A stretch of DNA of 64,000 nucleotides from Candidatus Nomurabacteria bacterium (GTDB taxonomy: Bacteria; Patescibacteriota; Minisyncoccia; Phycocordibacterales; UBA9973): positions 17,453 to 81,452 of the forward strand of contig JBPOHU010000003.1 in the NCBI GenBank assembly GCA_052035195.1, read 5' to 3'. Numbering within the stretch: the stretch's first letter is position 1; each line of letters begins with the position of its first letter. Below are positions 1-9,825 of the stretch, in pieces. The notes below the pieces were generated by a model that saw only the letters and a program-made list of their open reading frames with translations, made no database searches and had not been told where the DNA came from. A program made the translations under genes and the position numbers.

Positions 1-1471
1 ATAGAGATTGAACGTCTTTATTAACTCCAAAGCTCGCCATATCTTTTCCTTCTGATACTGCATCATCCCAGATACGATTTATGTGAGCTTTTTCTGTTTC
101 TGTAACAGGCCTAGCTTCTTTACAGCTAGTACAAAGTTTTCGTACGAGTCGCTGGGCGATAGAGAGAGTAAGAGCAGAGACCAGTATCTTTGGGTTTACA
201 TCTAGATCAATAAGTCTAGGAATAACACCTTGCGCATTATTAGTATGGAGTGTAGAGAAAACCAAGTGACCAGTGAGCGCACTCTCCACCGCTATCTTTG
301 CTGTTTCTGGATCTCGTATTTCTCCAACCATGATGACATCTGGGTCTTGTCGCAAAGATGATCTGAGTCCTTCTAGAAATGTATAACCTTTTTTGTGATC
401 AGTTTGAGTTTGGGTAATACCCGGTAGGTGGTATTCGATAGGGTCTTCGATAGTGATTATTTTTTTCTCCGGAGAATATATTTGTTGAAGGAAAGCATAA
501 AGCGTTGTTGTTTTACCAGAACCTGTTGGACCAGTGAGAAGTATCATCCCGTTTGGTTTTTTGATTTGTTCAGTAAAGAGGGTATATAAAGGAGTACTAA
601 TACCGAGCTCATCTAGTTTTACGTGAATTGATTTTGGATTAAGAATACGAAGCACGATACTCTCTCCATAGGCTCCAGGAATAAGAGATGTACGGAAACT
701 TATTTCTATTTCTTTTTCGCTACCAATGTCGGGTAGAAATGCACTGAAGCGTCCGTCTTGAGGGTTGCTTGAGATAGTGAGCTTTAACCCTGAGAGAAGT
801 TTGATACGAGTGTTGATGTGTTTATAAGTATCAAAATCAAAGTGTGTAATGACGCGCAACACTCCATCCAATCGAAATCGAAGTTCCACTGTTTCCTCCA
901 TAGGTTCTATGTGTACATCAGAAGCACCGATACCTATACCAGCACCAAGAATTATTTCTAGAATCCTAGAGATGTGTTGTTTGGCATCTTTTTCATTTAT
1001 TGCGAGTTCTATTTCAGATATTGCATCTGCTGTAGTTTTTATTTTTTGACTTAGTTCCTTGAGGACGTTGGGAGCAATATCTAGTCCACCACTGCGACTT
1101 GTTGTAGCGAAAGACAGATCTTGGTAACGACTCCACACCTTTTCAATACTTTTGCGACTAGCCATAACGAATGTCACTACAAAGCCTTTGGCTTCAAGCA
1201 ACTCTTTTGCTTTTATTGCTCCGTCTGCAACAGGGGAACGTACTGCTAGAAAAAGTTTTTTACCAACAAGTTTGTATGGACCCACTTCCATATTTTTAGC
1301 TTCGTCTTCTGTTAGAAGCCTGATAGCGTCATTGTCTATAGACTGAGCTGTTAGATCAATATAAGAAATACCATAAGTACTCCCAGCGAGAGAGGCGATA
1401 AGATTCTCTTCTTCTCCATCGCGGAGCTCTTTGAGACGCTTTTGTTGTTCTTCTTCATCGAAACGGACCAT
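1..1471 (-). CDS. pilB: Type IV pilus assembly / type II secretion ATPase PilB/GspE family (C-terminus runs off window)
   Basis: Reverse-strand translation starts MVRFDEEEQQKRL... at complement 1471; GspE-N-like N domain, Walker A LLTGPTGSGKTTT, long ORF to window edge. Not in ORF track because no stop inside window. Confidence 0.8.
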   Translation of the reverse strand, partial: MVRFDEEEQQKRLKELRDGEEENLIASLAGSTYGISYIDLTAQSIDNDAIRLLTEDEAKNMEVGPYKLVGKKLFLAVRSPVADGAIKAKELLEAKGFVVTFVMASRKSIEKVWSRYQDLSFATTSRSGGLDIAPNVLKELSQKIKTTADAISEIELAINEKDAKQHISRILEIILGAGIGIGASDVHIEPMEETVELRFRLDGVLRVITHFDFDTYKHINTRIKLLSGLKLTISSNPQDGRFSAFLPDIGSEKEIEISFRTSLIPGAYGESIVLRILNPKSIHVKLDELGISTPLYTLFTEQIKKPNGMILLTGPTGSGKTTTLYAFLQQIYSPEKKIITIEDPIEYHLPGITQTQTDHKKGYTFLEGLRSSLRQDPDVIMVGEIRDPETAKIAVESALTGHLVFSTLHTNNAQGVIPRLIDLDVNPKILVSALTLSIAQRLVRKLCTSCKEARPVTETEKAHINRIWDDAVSEGKDMASFGVNKDVQSL

Positions 1472-1555
1472 TGTCTTTACAGTATATATTATTTATATGT
1501 TTTTTTGTTGAAAATCGGAGGCTTTTTGACCAGAGAAAAGAGGAGATAATCATAT

Positions 1556-1584
1556 TTGACAAAGTAGATAGAATATGCTATGAT
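1556..1584 (+). promoter_or_regulatory. Sigma70-like promoter TTGACA-17-TATGAT upstream of secreted-protein gene
   Basis: TTGACA at 1556-1561, 17-nt spacer, TATGAT at 1579-1584, ~45 nt upstream of ATG 1633. Confidence 0.4.
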
Positions 1585-1632
1585 ATATTAGAAATCAAAA
1601 AACTTTTTTCTATACATTTAAAACTATGAATC

Positions 1633-2640
1633 ATGAAAAAAATAAGTTTGCTCTTTGTAATCTTCGCGCTTTTAAGCGCACAAATAGTTAAAGCGTCTGA
1701 AATAAGGGACGCAACTCTCAAGGAACAAGGAAAGCAGAATGAAGCTAGCACTGTTGCTTGGCTTACATCCGCAAATCCTGATCCGTCACTGATCACAATG
1801 ACAGTAAGCCAGTTTAATGTAGGCTTTAAAGCCTGCATTACTGAGTTTAATGCGAAGTATAAAAGCTTCGACGTCATTACAGATGATATTCTCAATAACC
1901 TGGTGCAAAAACTTTACACCGCAGACCTGGACCCCAACAAGCTTTATACCGTTTCATATTGGGACGTAAAAAATCAAAAATGGGGTCGCTGGACGCGTAA
2001 AGCCAAGCCTGGCGAAGCAGGTTTGTTTTATCCCGGCTGGGAAGAGCCAGTCCTGAGTGTTTATTGTTGGAATTTTGGTTATCCGGAAAAAGATATAAAA
2101 CCCGCAGCTCCTTCTGTAAAAGAGAGAGAGGTGGAATATGTTAATGTTCCCGGAAAAACTAAGTATATCCATACTTCAGACACTGTCTATGAGAGGCATG
2201 ACAGCTACAAGGAGGTGCAGAATAATTTCTTTTTGAATACGAATAATAATACATTCGCTTCAACAAAAAACACTTCACTGTCCTACGATGTGGATATGGA
2301 TGACCAGCAACCTGAAAATCAGGCTTCCTGTAGTTGTCCTGAACCTCAGAAAAAGGTTGTAAGTTATGCTGCTAATCAACAAACATCTTGTGGTTGTGAT
2401 AAAGATCACATCTGCTATGAGCATTATCAGAAGCTTCCTTCTAAAAAAAGAAAGCCCTTAGGCCAAAGAGCTTGGTTTAAAGTAGGGACCCATCTCGTAG
2501 CATTTACTGCCGGATGGTTTGGTAATGAGTGGTTTGGTAATGGAAGGACTCGCGGTTCTGGCCAAGTTATCAACCAAGGTCCGCTCGACCTTCTTCCTAC
2601 TACAAACCCGATTTACAACCAGGGACCATTGTGGCAATAG
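1633..2640 (+). CDS. Secreted hypothetical protein, Cys-rich C-terminal part
   Basis: N-terminal signal peptide MKKISLLFVIFALLSAQIVKA; no recognisable family. Confidence 0.55.
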   Translation: MKKISLLFVIFALLSAQIVKASEIRDATLKEQGKQNEASTVAWLTSANPDPSLITMTVSQFNVGFKACITEFNAKYKSFDVITDDILNNLVQKLYTADLDPNKLYTVSYWDVKNQKWGRWTRKAKPGEAGLFYPGWEEPVLSVYCWNFGYPEKDIKPAAPSVKEREVEYVNVPGKTKYIHTSDTVYERHDSYKEVQNNFFLNTNNNTFASTKNTSLSYDVDMDDQQPENQASCSCPEPQKKVVSYAANQQTSCGCDKDHICYEHYQKLPSKKRKPLGQRAWFKVGTHLVAFTAGWFGNEWFGNGRTRGSGQVINQGPLDLLPTTNPIYNQGPLWQ

Positions 2641-2788
2641 TTTTAACTATTTATTTTCAAAAGTGCTGGTTTATACCGGCACTTTTTTATTCTTTAGGAC
2701 CTTATCTGTCTCAGATAGGGAGTTAAAGAATGGTATTGACAAAAGAGGCATTATTTGCTATAATACCAGTGTCGAAATTAAGAAAGAG

Positions 2789-4711
2789 ATGAGAAAAAAA
2801 TTTATGAAACAATTTATTTATTCAACACTAACTGCATTTTTTGGTCTAGCTCTATTGGCTAGCCCTGCTTCTGCAGCTGCAGTGTTCAATAGTCCGGGCG
2901 AAATGCCGACTGTTACTGTTTCTACAGGTACATGTCAGCAAGTTGCTATAAACGGATGTTGGCAACCAACAGCCACAGGTAGTGCAGATGGCACTATTGG
3001 TGTGCATATCTTTTATCACAATACAGGTAGTACTGCCGCACAAGGCACAACTATCCGTATAAGTCCTCAAGTACAAGGACCAACAACTTCTGCTTCTTTT
3101 AGTGGAAGTGTTAGTGCTACAAATGCATCAACAGTTTCTGGAAATGCATCAGTTAGTATTTCAAGCTCACAAACAGTGACCTTCATTGATGCTAAATGGT
3201 ACCCAGGAGCAAATAGTGCAGGAAGCGCTGTTAGTGGAAGTGAATTATTCGGAAGTGGTTTTAATGTAGGGACAGTAGGTGCCGGAGATTACGGTAAACT
3301 TGTTGCTCGATTTAAAATCTCAAACGTAATAGTAGTTCAAAACTATCAGTGTAATGACAACATCGATAACGATGGGGACGGTCTTCGTGACTACCCAAGT
3401 GATCCAGGTTGTTCATCTTCTACAGATAATGATGAGTATGACCAAGTTAATACACAATGTGTAATTGATAGCTTCTATGCTTCACCTACATATGTAACTT
3501 CTGGTGGATACACAACACTTTATTGGAGTACAACAGGTTGTGACTATGTAACTATCGACGGGGTGTCTTACCCAGTAGACGGTTCAGGATCATTCGGTCC
3601 TATCTATAGTTCACGAAACTATGTTCTCCAAGGGGTTCGTGGTGGAGTAAGTCGAACACAAACTGTTTTTGTAACAGTTAATCAAACTCCTACATATACA
3701 TACCAATGTAATGATGGATACGATAACGATGGCGATGGTCTTCGTGACTACCCAGCAGATCCAGGTTGTTCTACCTATAACGATGATAGTGAATACAATC
3801 AAGTTATAAATAACACTCAACCACAAGCTATAACTACTGTCGCTACTATATTAGGACAAAGTTCTGCTCGCCTTAATGGTATTGCAGTTCCAAATTCTAC
3901 ATACAGTACAACAGCATGGTTTGAATGGGGAACAAGTGGTTCTCTAGGATCTAGAACAAATACTCAGTCAGTAAATAACAACTCTAGTACATATATTAGT
4001 GAGGGATTAAACAACCTTACTCCTGGAGCTGTTTATTACTACCGAACAGTTGTTCAAAACCAAAACGGTACTGCTTATGGCGATATCGTAAGACTACAAA
4101 CACAAAAAGGTACTATTACTCCAACTCCAACACCTGTAAAAGTAATCACTAAAGTGGTTAATAGAGATGTTGTTGTTGCCAGAAGTAATGCTTCTTTGTT
4201 AGAGCTACGTGTTGAAAATGTTTATGACAGAATGTGTGTTGGTGGAGAAATGGATTACACTGTTTCTTACAAAAACATCAGTAGTCAAACACTTCAAAAT
4301 GCAGTACTTAGAATTACTCATCCAAAAGAGCTTACATTTATAAATAGCTCAAGAGGAGACTATGAAGTAGTAGATCGAACTGTGACTATCGCTCTTGGAA
4401 ATATTCCAGCAGGTGGAACAGGCTCACTACAAGTTCGTGCACGAGTAAATACAAGTGCTGTTGTTGGAAACCTTGCTGTTACTACAGCAACAGTGGTTTA
4501 TACAAACCCTACTAACAAAGCTCAAGAAGATGCTATAGCATATTCACTAGTTACAGTTTCAAACGACTGTCCAAATACAAACAACTTTGGTGCTAGTGCA
4601 TTTGGTATCTCATCATTTTTCCCTTCAACATTACTCGGATGGCTTATTCTCATCTTGGTCATCCTTGCCCTTATTGTTCTAGGAAGACAACTATATAAAA
4701 AGCGAGACTAA
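2789..4711 (+). CDS. Large cell-surface protein with paired Ca-binding-like DxDxDG repeats, DUF11-like repeat domain and C-terminal TM anchor
   Basis: Start MRKKFMKQF at 2789 with signal peptide (ORF-track start 2519 overlaps the upstream gene). Two copies of QCNDxxDNDGDGLRDYPxDPGCS; C-terminal FPSTLLGWLILILVILALIVLGRQLYKKRD. Confidence 0.6.
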   Translation: MRKKFMKQFIYSTLTAFFGLALLASPASAAAVFNSPGEMPTVTVSTGTCQQVAINGCWQPTATGSADGTIGVHIFYHNTGSTAAQGTTIRISPQVQGPTTSASFSGSVSATNASTVSGNASVSISSSQTVTFIDAKWYPGANSAGSAVSGSELFGSGFNVGTVGAGDYGKLVARFKISNVIVVQNYQCNDNIDNDGDGLRDYPSDPGCSSSTDNDEYDQVNTQCVIDSFYASPTYVTSGGYTTLYWSTTGCDYVTIDGVSYPVDGSGSFGPIYSSRNYVLQGVRGGVSRTQTVFVTVNQTPTYTYQCNDGYDNDGDGLRDYPADPGCSTYNDDSEYNQVINNTQPQAITTVATILGQSSARLNGIAVPNSTYSTTAWFEWGTSGSLGSRTNTQSVNNNSSTYISEGLNNLTPGAVYYYRTVVQNQNGTAYGDIVRLQTQKGTITPTPTPVKVITKVVNRDVVVARSNASLLELRVENVYDRMCVGGEMDYTVSYKNISSQTLQNAVLRITHPKELTFINSSRGDYEVVDRTVTIALGNIPAGGTGSLQVRARVNTSAVVGNLAVTTATVVYTNPTNKAQEDAIAYSLVTVSNDCPNTNNFGASAFGISSFFPSTLLGWLILILVILALIVLGRQLYKKRD

Positions 4712-4732
4712 TAAAGGCTTTTTATCCTAAAC

Positions 4733-4762
4733 AAAACCCCGCCCTTGTGGCGGGGTTTTGTG
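4733..4762 (+). terminator. Rho-independent terminator
   Basis: aaaaccccgccc-ttgt-ggcggggtttt hairpin plus T-run. Confidence 0.6.
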
Positions 4763-4776
4763 TTAGAATCCTGTAT

Positions 4777-5229
4777 ATGAAGATGTCTTATAGGGAAGAA
4801 GAGTTGCCAAAAGTTGCTTCTTTAGTGCTTTCAAATACTCAAAAAAATGATAGTGGGGCTACTATTATCGCCCTCTCTGGCCCCCTTGGAGCAGGTAAAA
4901 CCTCTCTTACTCAAGCTGTTGCACAAGAGTTAGGAATAAGTGAAAAGATAGTAAGTCCGACTTTTGTTATTGCTAAATGGTACAAAACTTCAAAAGGTGA
5001 CTTCGAAGAAATGGTTCATATTGATGCTTATAGGATTGATGGAGAAGAAGAGCTTGGTCCAATAGGCTTCAATTCTCTTTTAGAGAAGAAAAATACTCTT
5101 ATTGTGTTAGAGTGGCCAGAACGACTCCCAAAAACTTTATCAGAAAATCATGCCTCACTTTTTATTTTGGAACACGATGGTGATATTAGAAAAATAGAAG
5201 GACCTATTTCCTATGAAGAAAGAAAATAA
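4777..5229 (+). CDS. tsaE: tRNA threonylcarbamoyladenosine biosynthesis ATPase TsaE (YjeE)
   Basis: P-loop ALSGPLGAGKTSLTQ and typical TsaE length. Start MKMSYREE at 4777; ORF-track start 4747 lies inside the terminator hairpin. Confidence 0.7.
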   Translation: MKMSYREEELPKVASLVLSNTQKNDSGATIIALSGPLGAGKTSLTQAVAQELGISEKIVSPTFVIAKWYKTSKGDFEEMVHIDAYRIDGEEELGPIGFNSLLEKKNTLIVLEWPERLPKTLSENHASLFILEHDGDIRKIEGPISYEERK

Positions 5230-7567
5230 AAAAACACTAGTTATTCTTGATGCGCACGCGATTATTCACCGTGCTTATCATGCTCTACCATCTTTCACTA
5301 CAAGTGCGGGGGAGCCAACAGGTGCTCTTTATGGTGTTACAACAATGACACTTAAGATAATAGAGAATTTTAAACCTGACTATATTGTTGCGGCTTTTGA
5401 TTTGCCAAAGCCAACATTTCGCCACCAAGTATATGATGGCTATAAAGCAGGGCGAGTAAAAGCAGAGGATGCTCTTGTAGTTCAACTTCAAAGCGCGCGT
5501 ACTTTATTTGAAGCATTTGGTATACCAGTGTTAGACGCTGAAGGTTTTGAGGCCGACGATGTTATAGGGACTTTGGTAGAAAAATATAAAAAAGAGAAAA
5601 ACCTAAATATCATAATTGCATCAGGGGATATGGATACTATGCAACTTATTGATGGAGACAAGGTAAGAGTGTTTACCTTAAAGAAAGGACTAAACGATAC
5701 TGTTCTATATAACGAAGATATGGTTAAAGAACGGTTTGGTTTTGGCCCGTTACAGCTTGTTGACTATAAAGGGCTCAGAGGTGATGCATCTGATAACATC
5801 ATCGGTGTTCCTGGTATAGGAGAAAAAACAGCTACAACTATATTGAGTGTTTTTAATTCGATTGAGAATTTATACAAAACACTAGAAAAGGATAGAAATG
5901 CTGTTATAAAAGCTGGGGTTTCAGAAAGAATGGTAGGTATTTTAGAGGAACACAAAGAAGATGCTTTCTTTTCAAAAACCTTAGCAACTATTCGTCGGGA
6001 TGCTCCTATAGAGTATTCTCTCCCTGAAAAGTCTTATAAAGAAGAGGTTGATACCAAGAAACTTTTGGAATTATTTGAAAAGTATGAGTTTAGAAGTCTT
6101 GGTCATAGAATAAAAAGTATTTTTTCTATACAAGAAGAACAAAAAGAAATCGAAGATATAGATGAAGAGTTGCTTAGAAAGACAGCTATAGCTCTCTGGG
6201 TTTTGTATTCTGAAAATACCAATGCTGACTATGAGACAGTTTTACAAAAGACAAAAACAAATTCTCTATTAGAGGCTTGGAAAACTATTCAAGAAGAATT
6301 AAATAAAAGAAATTTAACAAAAGTTTTTTCTGAAATTGAAGAGCCTTTGATTCCTTTGGTTAAAGAGATGGAGGACAGAGGCATCTTGATCGATAAGGGT
6401 CATTTTGAAAAAATGAAGACCTCAATAGAAAAAAGATTGAGAGAAATAGAAAAAGAAGTAGAAGCTATGGTTGGTGTTTCTATAAACCTCAATTCTCCAA
6501 AACAACTTTCAGGACTCCTGTTTGATACTCTGGGTCTTAAAACAAAAGGTAAAAGAAAAGAAAGCGGTGCTTTTACTACAAATGCTGAAGCTCTCGAAGC
6601 TCTTCGTGAAGCGCACCCTGTTATACCTCTTATTCTTGAACAACGTGAAATACAAAAGATACTGACTACTTATGTTGAGAGTCTTTTGAAGCACGTGGCA
6701 GAGGACGGCAGAATTCATGCTAAATTTTTACAACACGGCACGACTACAGGAAGGTTTTCTTCAAATGATCCTAATATGCAAACTTTGCCTGCCGGAGGAG
6801 ATTGGGGTAAAGAAGTTCGACATGGGTTTTTGGCAGACAAGGGTCACATCTTCATAGGTTGTGACTACTCTCAAATAGAACTTCGTGTTTTAGCTATGCT
6901 CTCTGGGGATAGTAGGTTGCTTGAATCTTTTGAAAGAGGGGATGATATCCACGCTTCCGTGGCGTCTTTGGTTTTTGGTGTTCCACAAAACGAAGTCACT
7001 CCTGACATGCGACGTAATGCAAAGGTTATAAATTTCGGAATAATATATGGCATGGGTGTTCAGGCTTTACAAAAGAACCTTGGAACAACAAAAGAAAAAA
7101 CAGAACAATTTTACAAAGAATATTTTGAAGCATTTCCTACAATAAAATCTTATCTTGATGGGACTAGAGACTTTGCTAAAGAGCACGGATATACAGAAAC
7201 AGCTTTTGGTAGAAGGAGGTATTTCCCAACAATTTCTTCCCCAGCACCTTTTCTGCGAGCTTTTGCAGAGCGAATGGCAACTAATGCTCCTCTCCAGGGG
7301 ACAGCTGCTGATATTATTAAATTAGCGATTATTGATATTGATAAAGCTCTTAAAAAAGCAGGACTTAGAGATGATGCTCATCTTGTTTTACAAGTTCACG
7401 ATGAACTTGTTTATGAAACTAAGAAAGAGAAGCAAGAAGAAGTTAGGGCAATAATAGTTTCTTCAATGATTAAGGTTATGGATAATTCTCCAATCCAGCT
7501 CAAGATTTCTCCTGTTCCATTGGCTGTTTCTGTAAGTACTGGGGTTTATCTGGACGAACTTAAGTAG
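5213..7567 (+). CDS. polA: DNA polymerase I (5'-3' exonuclease plus polymerase domains, no 3'-5' exonuclease domain)
   Basis: FEN-like N-terminus LVILDAHAIIHRAYHA; pol motifs DYSQIELRVLA, RRNAKVINFGIIYG, QVHDELVYE; 784 aa. Confidence 0.9.
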   Translation: MKKENKKTLVILDAHAIIHRAYHALPSFTTSAGEPTGALYGVTTMTLKIIENFKPDYIVAAFDLPKPTFRHQVYDGYKAGRVKAEDALVVQLQSARTLFEAFGIPVLDAEGFEADDVIGTLVEKYKKEKNLNIIIASGDMDTMQLIDGDKVRVFTLKKGLNDTVLYNEDMVKERFGFGPLQLVDYKGLRGDASDNIIGVPGIGEKTATTILSVFNSIENLYKTLEKDRNAVIKAGVSERMVGILEEHKEDAFFSKTLATIRRDAPIEYSLPEKSYKEEVDTKKLLELFEKYEFRSLGHRIKSIFSIQEEQKEIEDIDEELLRKTAIALWVLYSENTNADYETVLQKTKTNSLLEAWKTIQEELNKRNLTKVFSEIEEPLIPLVKEMEDRGILIDKGHFEKMKTSIEKRLREIEKEVEAMVGVSINLNSPKQLSGLLFDTLGLKTKGKRKESGAFTTNAEALEALREAHPVIPLILEQREIQKILTTYVESLLKHVAEDGRIHAKFLQHGTTTGRFSSNDPNMQTLPAGGDWGKEVRHGFLADKGHIFIGCDYSQIELRVLAMLSGDSRLLESFERGDDIHASVASLVFGVPQNEVTPDMRRNAKVINFGIIYGMGVQALQKNLGTTKEKTEQFYKEYFEAFPTIKSYLDGTRDFAKEHGYTETAFGRRRYFPTISSPAPFLRAFAERMATNAPLQGTAADIIKLAIIDIDKALKKAGLRDDAHLVLQVHDELVYETKKEKQEEVRAIIVSSMIKVMDNSPIQLKISPVPLAVSVSTGVYLDELK

Positions 7568-8049
7568 TGGTACAATACTTGTATATGGACGAACAATTAG
7601 CAAATAAATCAGTGCACAGAACTTTGGCCAAATCTTACTTGGTGTATTTCATACTTTGCTCACTAGGCTTGTTTTTAGGGGTATTTTTTCCAATGCAGTT
7701 TTTTATTCCCAATAGTCAAACTTTCGCCGTTATTGGTTTTATACTTGGTCCAATTCTGATAATTTGGGCTCAAACAACATCTCACCGTTTTGAGCTTACC
7801 AAACAACAAACAGGTACTTTGATTTTTAATAGGGGTCCATATAGATTTCTACGTAATCCAACTCAGTTTGGTCTTGTCATGCTTGTAGCCGGATATGCAT
7901 TTGCAAGTCATACAGCCATTTTGTTTGTTATAACAGCTCTTGCTTATGTTATTTCAAATGTATTCTTTAGAAAACACGAACAAATATTAGAATCTAGATA
8001 TGGTGAGCCTTATAAATCATACAAGTCTTCTGTTCCAAAGATAATGTAA
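7567..8049 (+). CDS. Isoprenylcysteine carboxyl methyltransferase (ICMT/PEMT) family membrane methyltransferase
   Basis: Multi-TM; C-terminal NRGPYRFLRNPTQFG...YGEPYKSYKSSVPK resembles the ICMT family signature. Confidence 0.55.
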   Translation: MVQYLYMDEQLANKSVHRTLAKSYLVYFILCSLGLFLGVFFPMQFFIPNSQTFAVIGFILGPILIIWAQTTSHRFELTKQQTGTLIFNRGPYRFLRNPTQFGLVMLVAGYAFASHTAILFVITALAYVISNVFFRKHEQILESRYGEPYKSYKSSVPKIM

Positions 8050-8053
8050 AAAT

Positions 8054-8677
8054 ATGCTCCAGGTAATTATTAGCTCTGATATTGAAAACAGAAAAAAGAA
8101 AAGAATTGATGTTTTGTCGCAGTATCCTGAGGAAGTGATAAGGCTAAGCGATGTAGAGGTATCTTTTTCAGATTTAGAAAATTATATTTTTCCTTCTCTT
8201 TTTTCAGAACAGAAACCTGTCGTTCATGCCAGGTATCTTCTGGAAGAATATTCAAATGAAATAACAAAGGAATTACTCAGTAAGCTTATTAATAGCCCAA
8301 CTTTTTTCTTGCTCGAAGAAAAAGCTTTAGGTGCTCAAGCTATTAAGATGATAGAAAAGGAAGGTGGTCTTGTTCATAATGAAAAAAGTAAATCTCAAAT
8401 AATAAATAAAAGTAATATTTTTCTAGTAACAAATGCTATTACTGCAATCAACAAGAAAGACCGGTGGATGGCTTATCAAAACGCAAAACAAGAACATGCA
8501 CCAGAGGCGCTCATAGGTATTTTGTATTGGAAGCTTAGGGATCTAATAGAAAAAAGCCCCGCAAAAGCAGGACCTTTTCGAACTTTTTATACTAACCTTA
8601 TGAACGCACAAAAGAAATCTTGGCAAACAGGTTTCTCTCTTGATTTAGCAATAGAGAAAACTATTCTAGAGCAATAG
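8054..8677 (+). CDS. Hypothetical protein
   Basis: 207-aa ORF, no confident family; weak resemblance to DNA pol III delta-like proteins only. Confidence 0.4.
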   Translation: MLQVIISSDIENRKKKRIDVLSQYPEEVIRLSDVEVSFSDLENYIFPSLFSEQKPVVHARYLLEEYSNEITKELLSKLINSPTFFLLEEKALGAQAIKMIEKEGGLVHNEKSKSQIINKSNIFLVTNAITAINKKDRWMAYQNAKQEHAPEALIGILYWKLRDLIEKSPAKAGPFRTFYTNLMNAQKKSWQTGFSLDLAIEKTILEQ

Positions 8678-9173
8678 GATTGTGTTTCTTTACAAAGATA
8701 GAGAGCAATAGTCCAGATAGTAAAACAGTAAAAGACATCATAGGAATTGTTATGTATCCAAAGACCGCAACGTACCTTTTGAGACAGCTTACTCCTGTAC
8801 CACAAATATCAAGACCGCTAGGGAATATATCTATGTAGTTGTGCAATAGCGCCACGATTAGTCCTAATACAGAAAATACAATAACTTGATTTTGGAGGGT
8901 TCTGTTTGTTTTTAGTTTGCCAGTAAGAGATAAAATCGCTATTCCAAAAATAGCTATTCTTTGGTACCAGCACAATAAGCATGGTTCAAAACCAAGAACG
9001 TATTCATAGATAATACTACCTACCGCAGAAGATACAAAAATAACTGCCAAAATAGTACTACTGTGTTTATAAACCTTTTGCAAAATAGGAGACTTTGTAA
9101 TCCAGAGTATTACAAAAACAACAATTGCAATCTGCAAGGCTACGATACCAACTCCGATTAATATACTAAACAT
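8661..9173 (-). CDS. dsbB: Disulfide bond formation protein DsbB (BdbC-like)
   Basis: Multi-TM; motif PCLLCWYQRI matching BdbC PCELCWYQRI, plus second Cys pair CGTGVSC in the later loop. Confidence 0.7.
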   Translation of the reverse strand: MFSILIGVGIVALQIAIVVFVILWITKSPILQKVYKHSSTILAVIFVSSAVGSIIYEYVLGFEPCLLCWYQRIAIFGIAILSLTGKLKTNRTLQNQVIVFSVLGLIVALLHNYIDIFPSGLDICGTGVSCLKRYVAVFGYITIPMMSFTVLLSGLLLSIFVKKHNPIALE

Positions 9174-9177
9174 ATAA

Positions 9178-9552
9178 TTAATTTATAGGACAGTTAGTTT
9201 TTTCAGAAAGAGCTTCGAGACTTTGCTCTCCACTTAGTTTTGATCCATCGGCGAATATCCAGGTAGGGTATCCAGGGATATCTTTGTCAGCACAAATAGG
9301 AAGCTGACCCTTTCCATCAGGAGTAGAACATTCTACATAAGGAAGAAGTTTTGCCGATCTACCGAAGAGAGCTTTTGTTGCTTGGCAATGAGGACACCAA
9401 AAAGCTCCGTAGAAAACAGCTCCACTGTCTTTAAGACATGTGGCAAAAGTATCATATTTACCTGGTTTCTTTGCTTGAACACTAAGGAAGTAAATGAATC
9501 CTCCGATCAATAATATAGCTATAACCCATGGAATTATTTTTTTCATTTTCAT
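9178..9552 (-). CDS. Membrane-anchored DsbA-like thiol:disulfide oxidoreductase (thioredoxin fold, CPHC)
   Basis: N-terminal TM IPWVIAILLIGGFIYFL then thioredoxin fold with WCPHC. Start placed at MKMKK (ORF track extends to 9588). Adjacent to dsbB. Confidence 0.6.
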   Translation of the reverse strand: MKMKKIIPWVIAILLIGGFIYFLSVQAKKPGKYDTFATCLKDSGAVFYGAFWCPHCQATKALFGRSAKLLPYVECSTPDGKGQLPICADKDIPGYPTWIFADGSKLSGEQSLEALSEKTNCPIN

Positions 9553-9649
9553 ATATATAAAGGTAACTTGAGATGAGGTTTTATGCAAGGGAAGAATCTC
9601 TTAGGCACAAAATATAAAAACACCAACTTCTTGGTGTTTTTATATTTTG

Positions 9650-9722
9650 TGCCCTCAGTAGGATTTGAACCTACGACCGTCTCCTTAAGAGGGAGCTGCT
9701 CTACCAGCTGAGCTATGAGGGC
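9650..9722 (-). tRNA. tRNA-Lys (anticodon CTT)
   Basis: Manual cloverleaf: acceptor GCCCTCA/TGAGGGC, D arm GCTC..GAGC, anticodon loop CTCTTAA, T arm GTAGG-TTCAAAT-CCTAC; 73 nt. Confidence 0.8.
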
Positions 9723-9825
9723 AATTATTATTAGTACCTATTTGATGTTGTTGCGCGGGAGCCGCTACAACTTAGCTATGAGGGCATATTGCAAAAAGGC
9801 AAAAAAACTATACCATGACCACCAT

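Noticed and set aside
849-1346. Short + strand ORFs 849-1049 and 1152-1346
   Set aside because: Antisense to the well-supported pilB reading frame on the - strand.
2519-2788. Upstream extension of the 730-aa ORF
   Set aside because: Overlaps the 3' end of the preceding gene in another frame; a proper signal peptide begins at the internal Met (2789).
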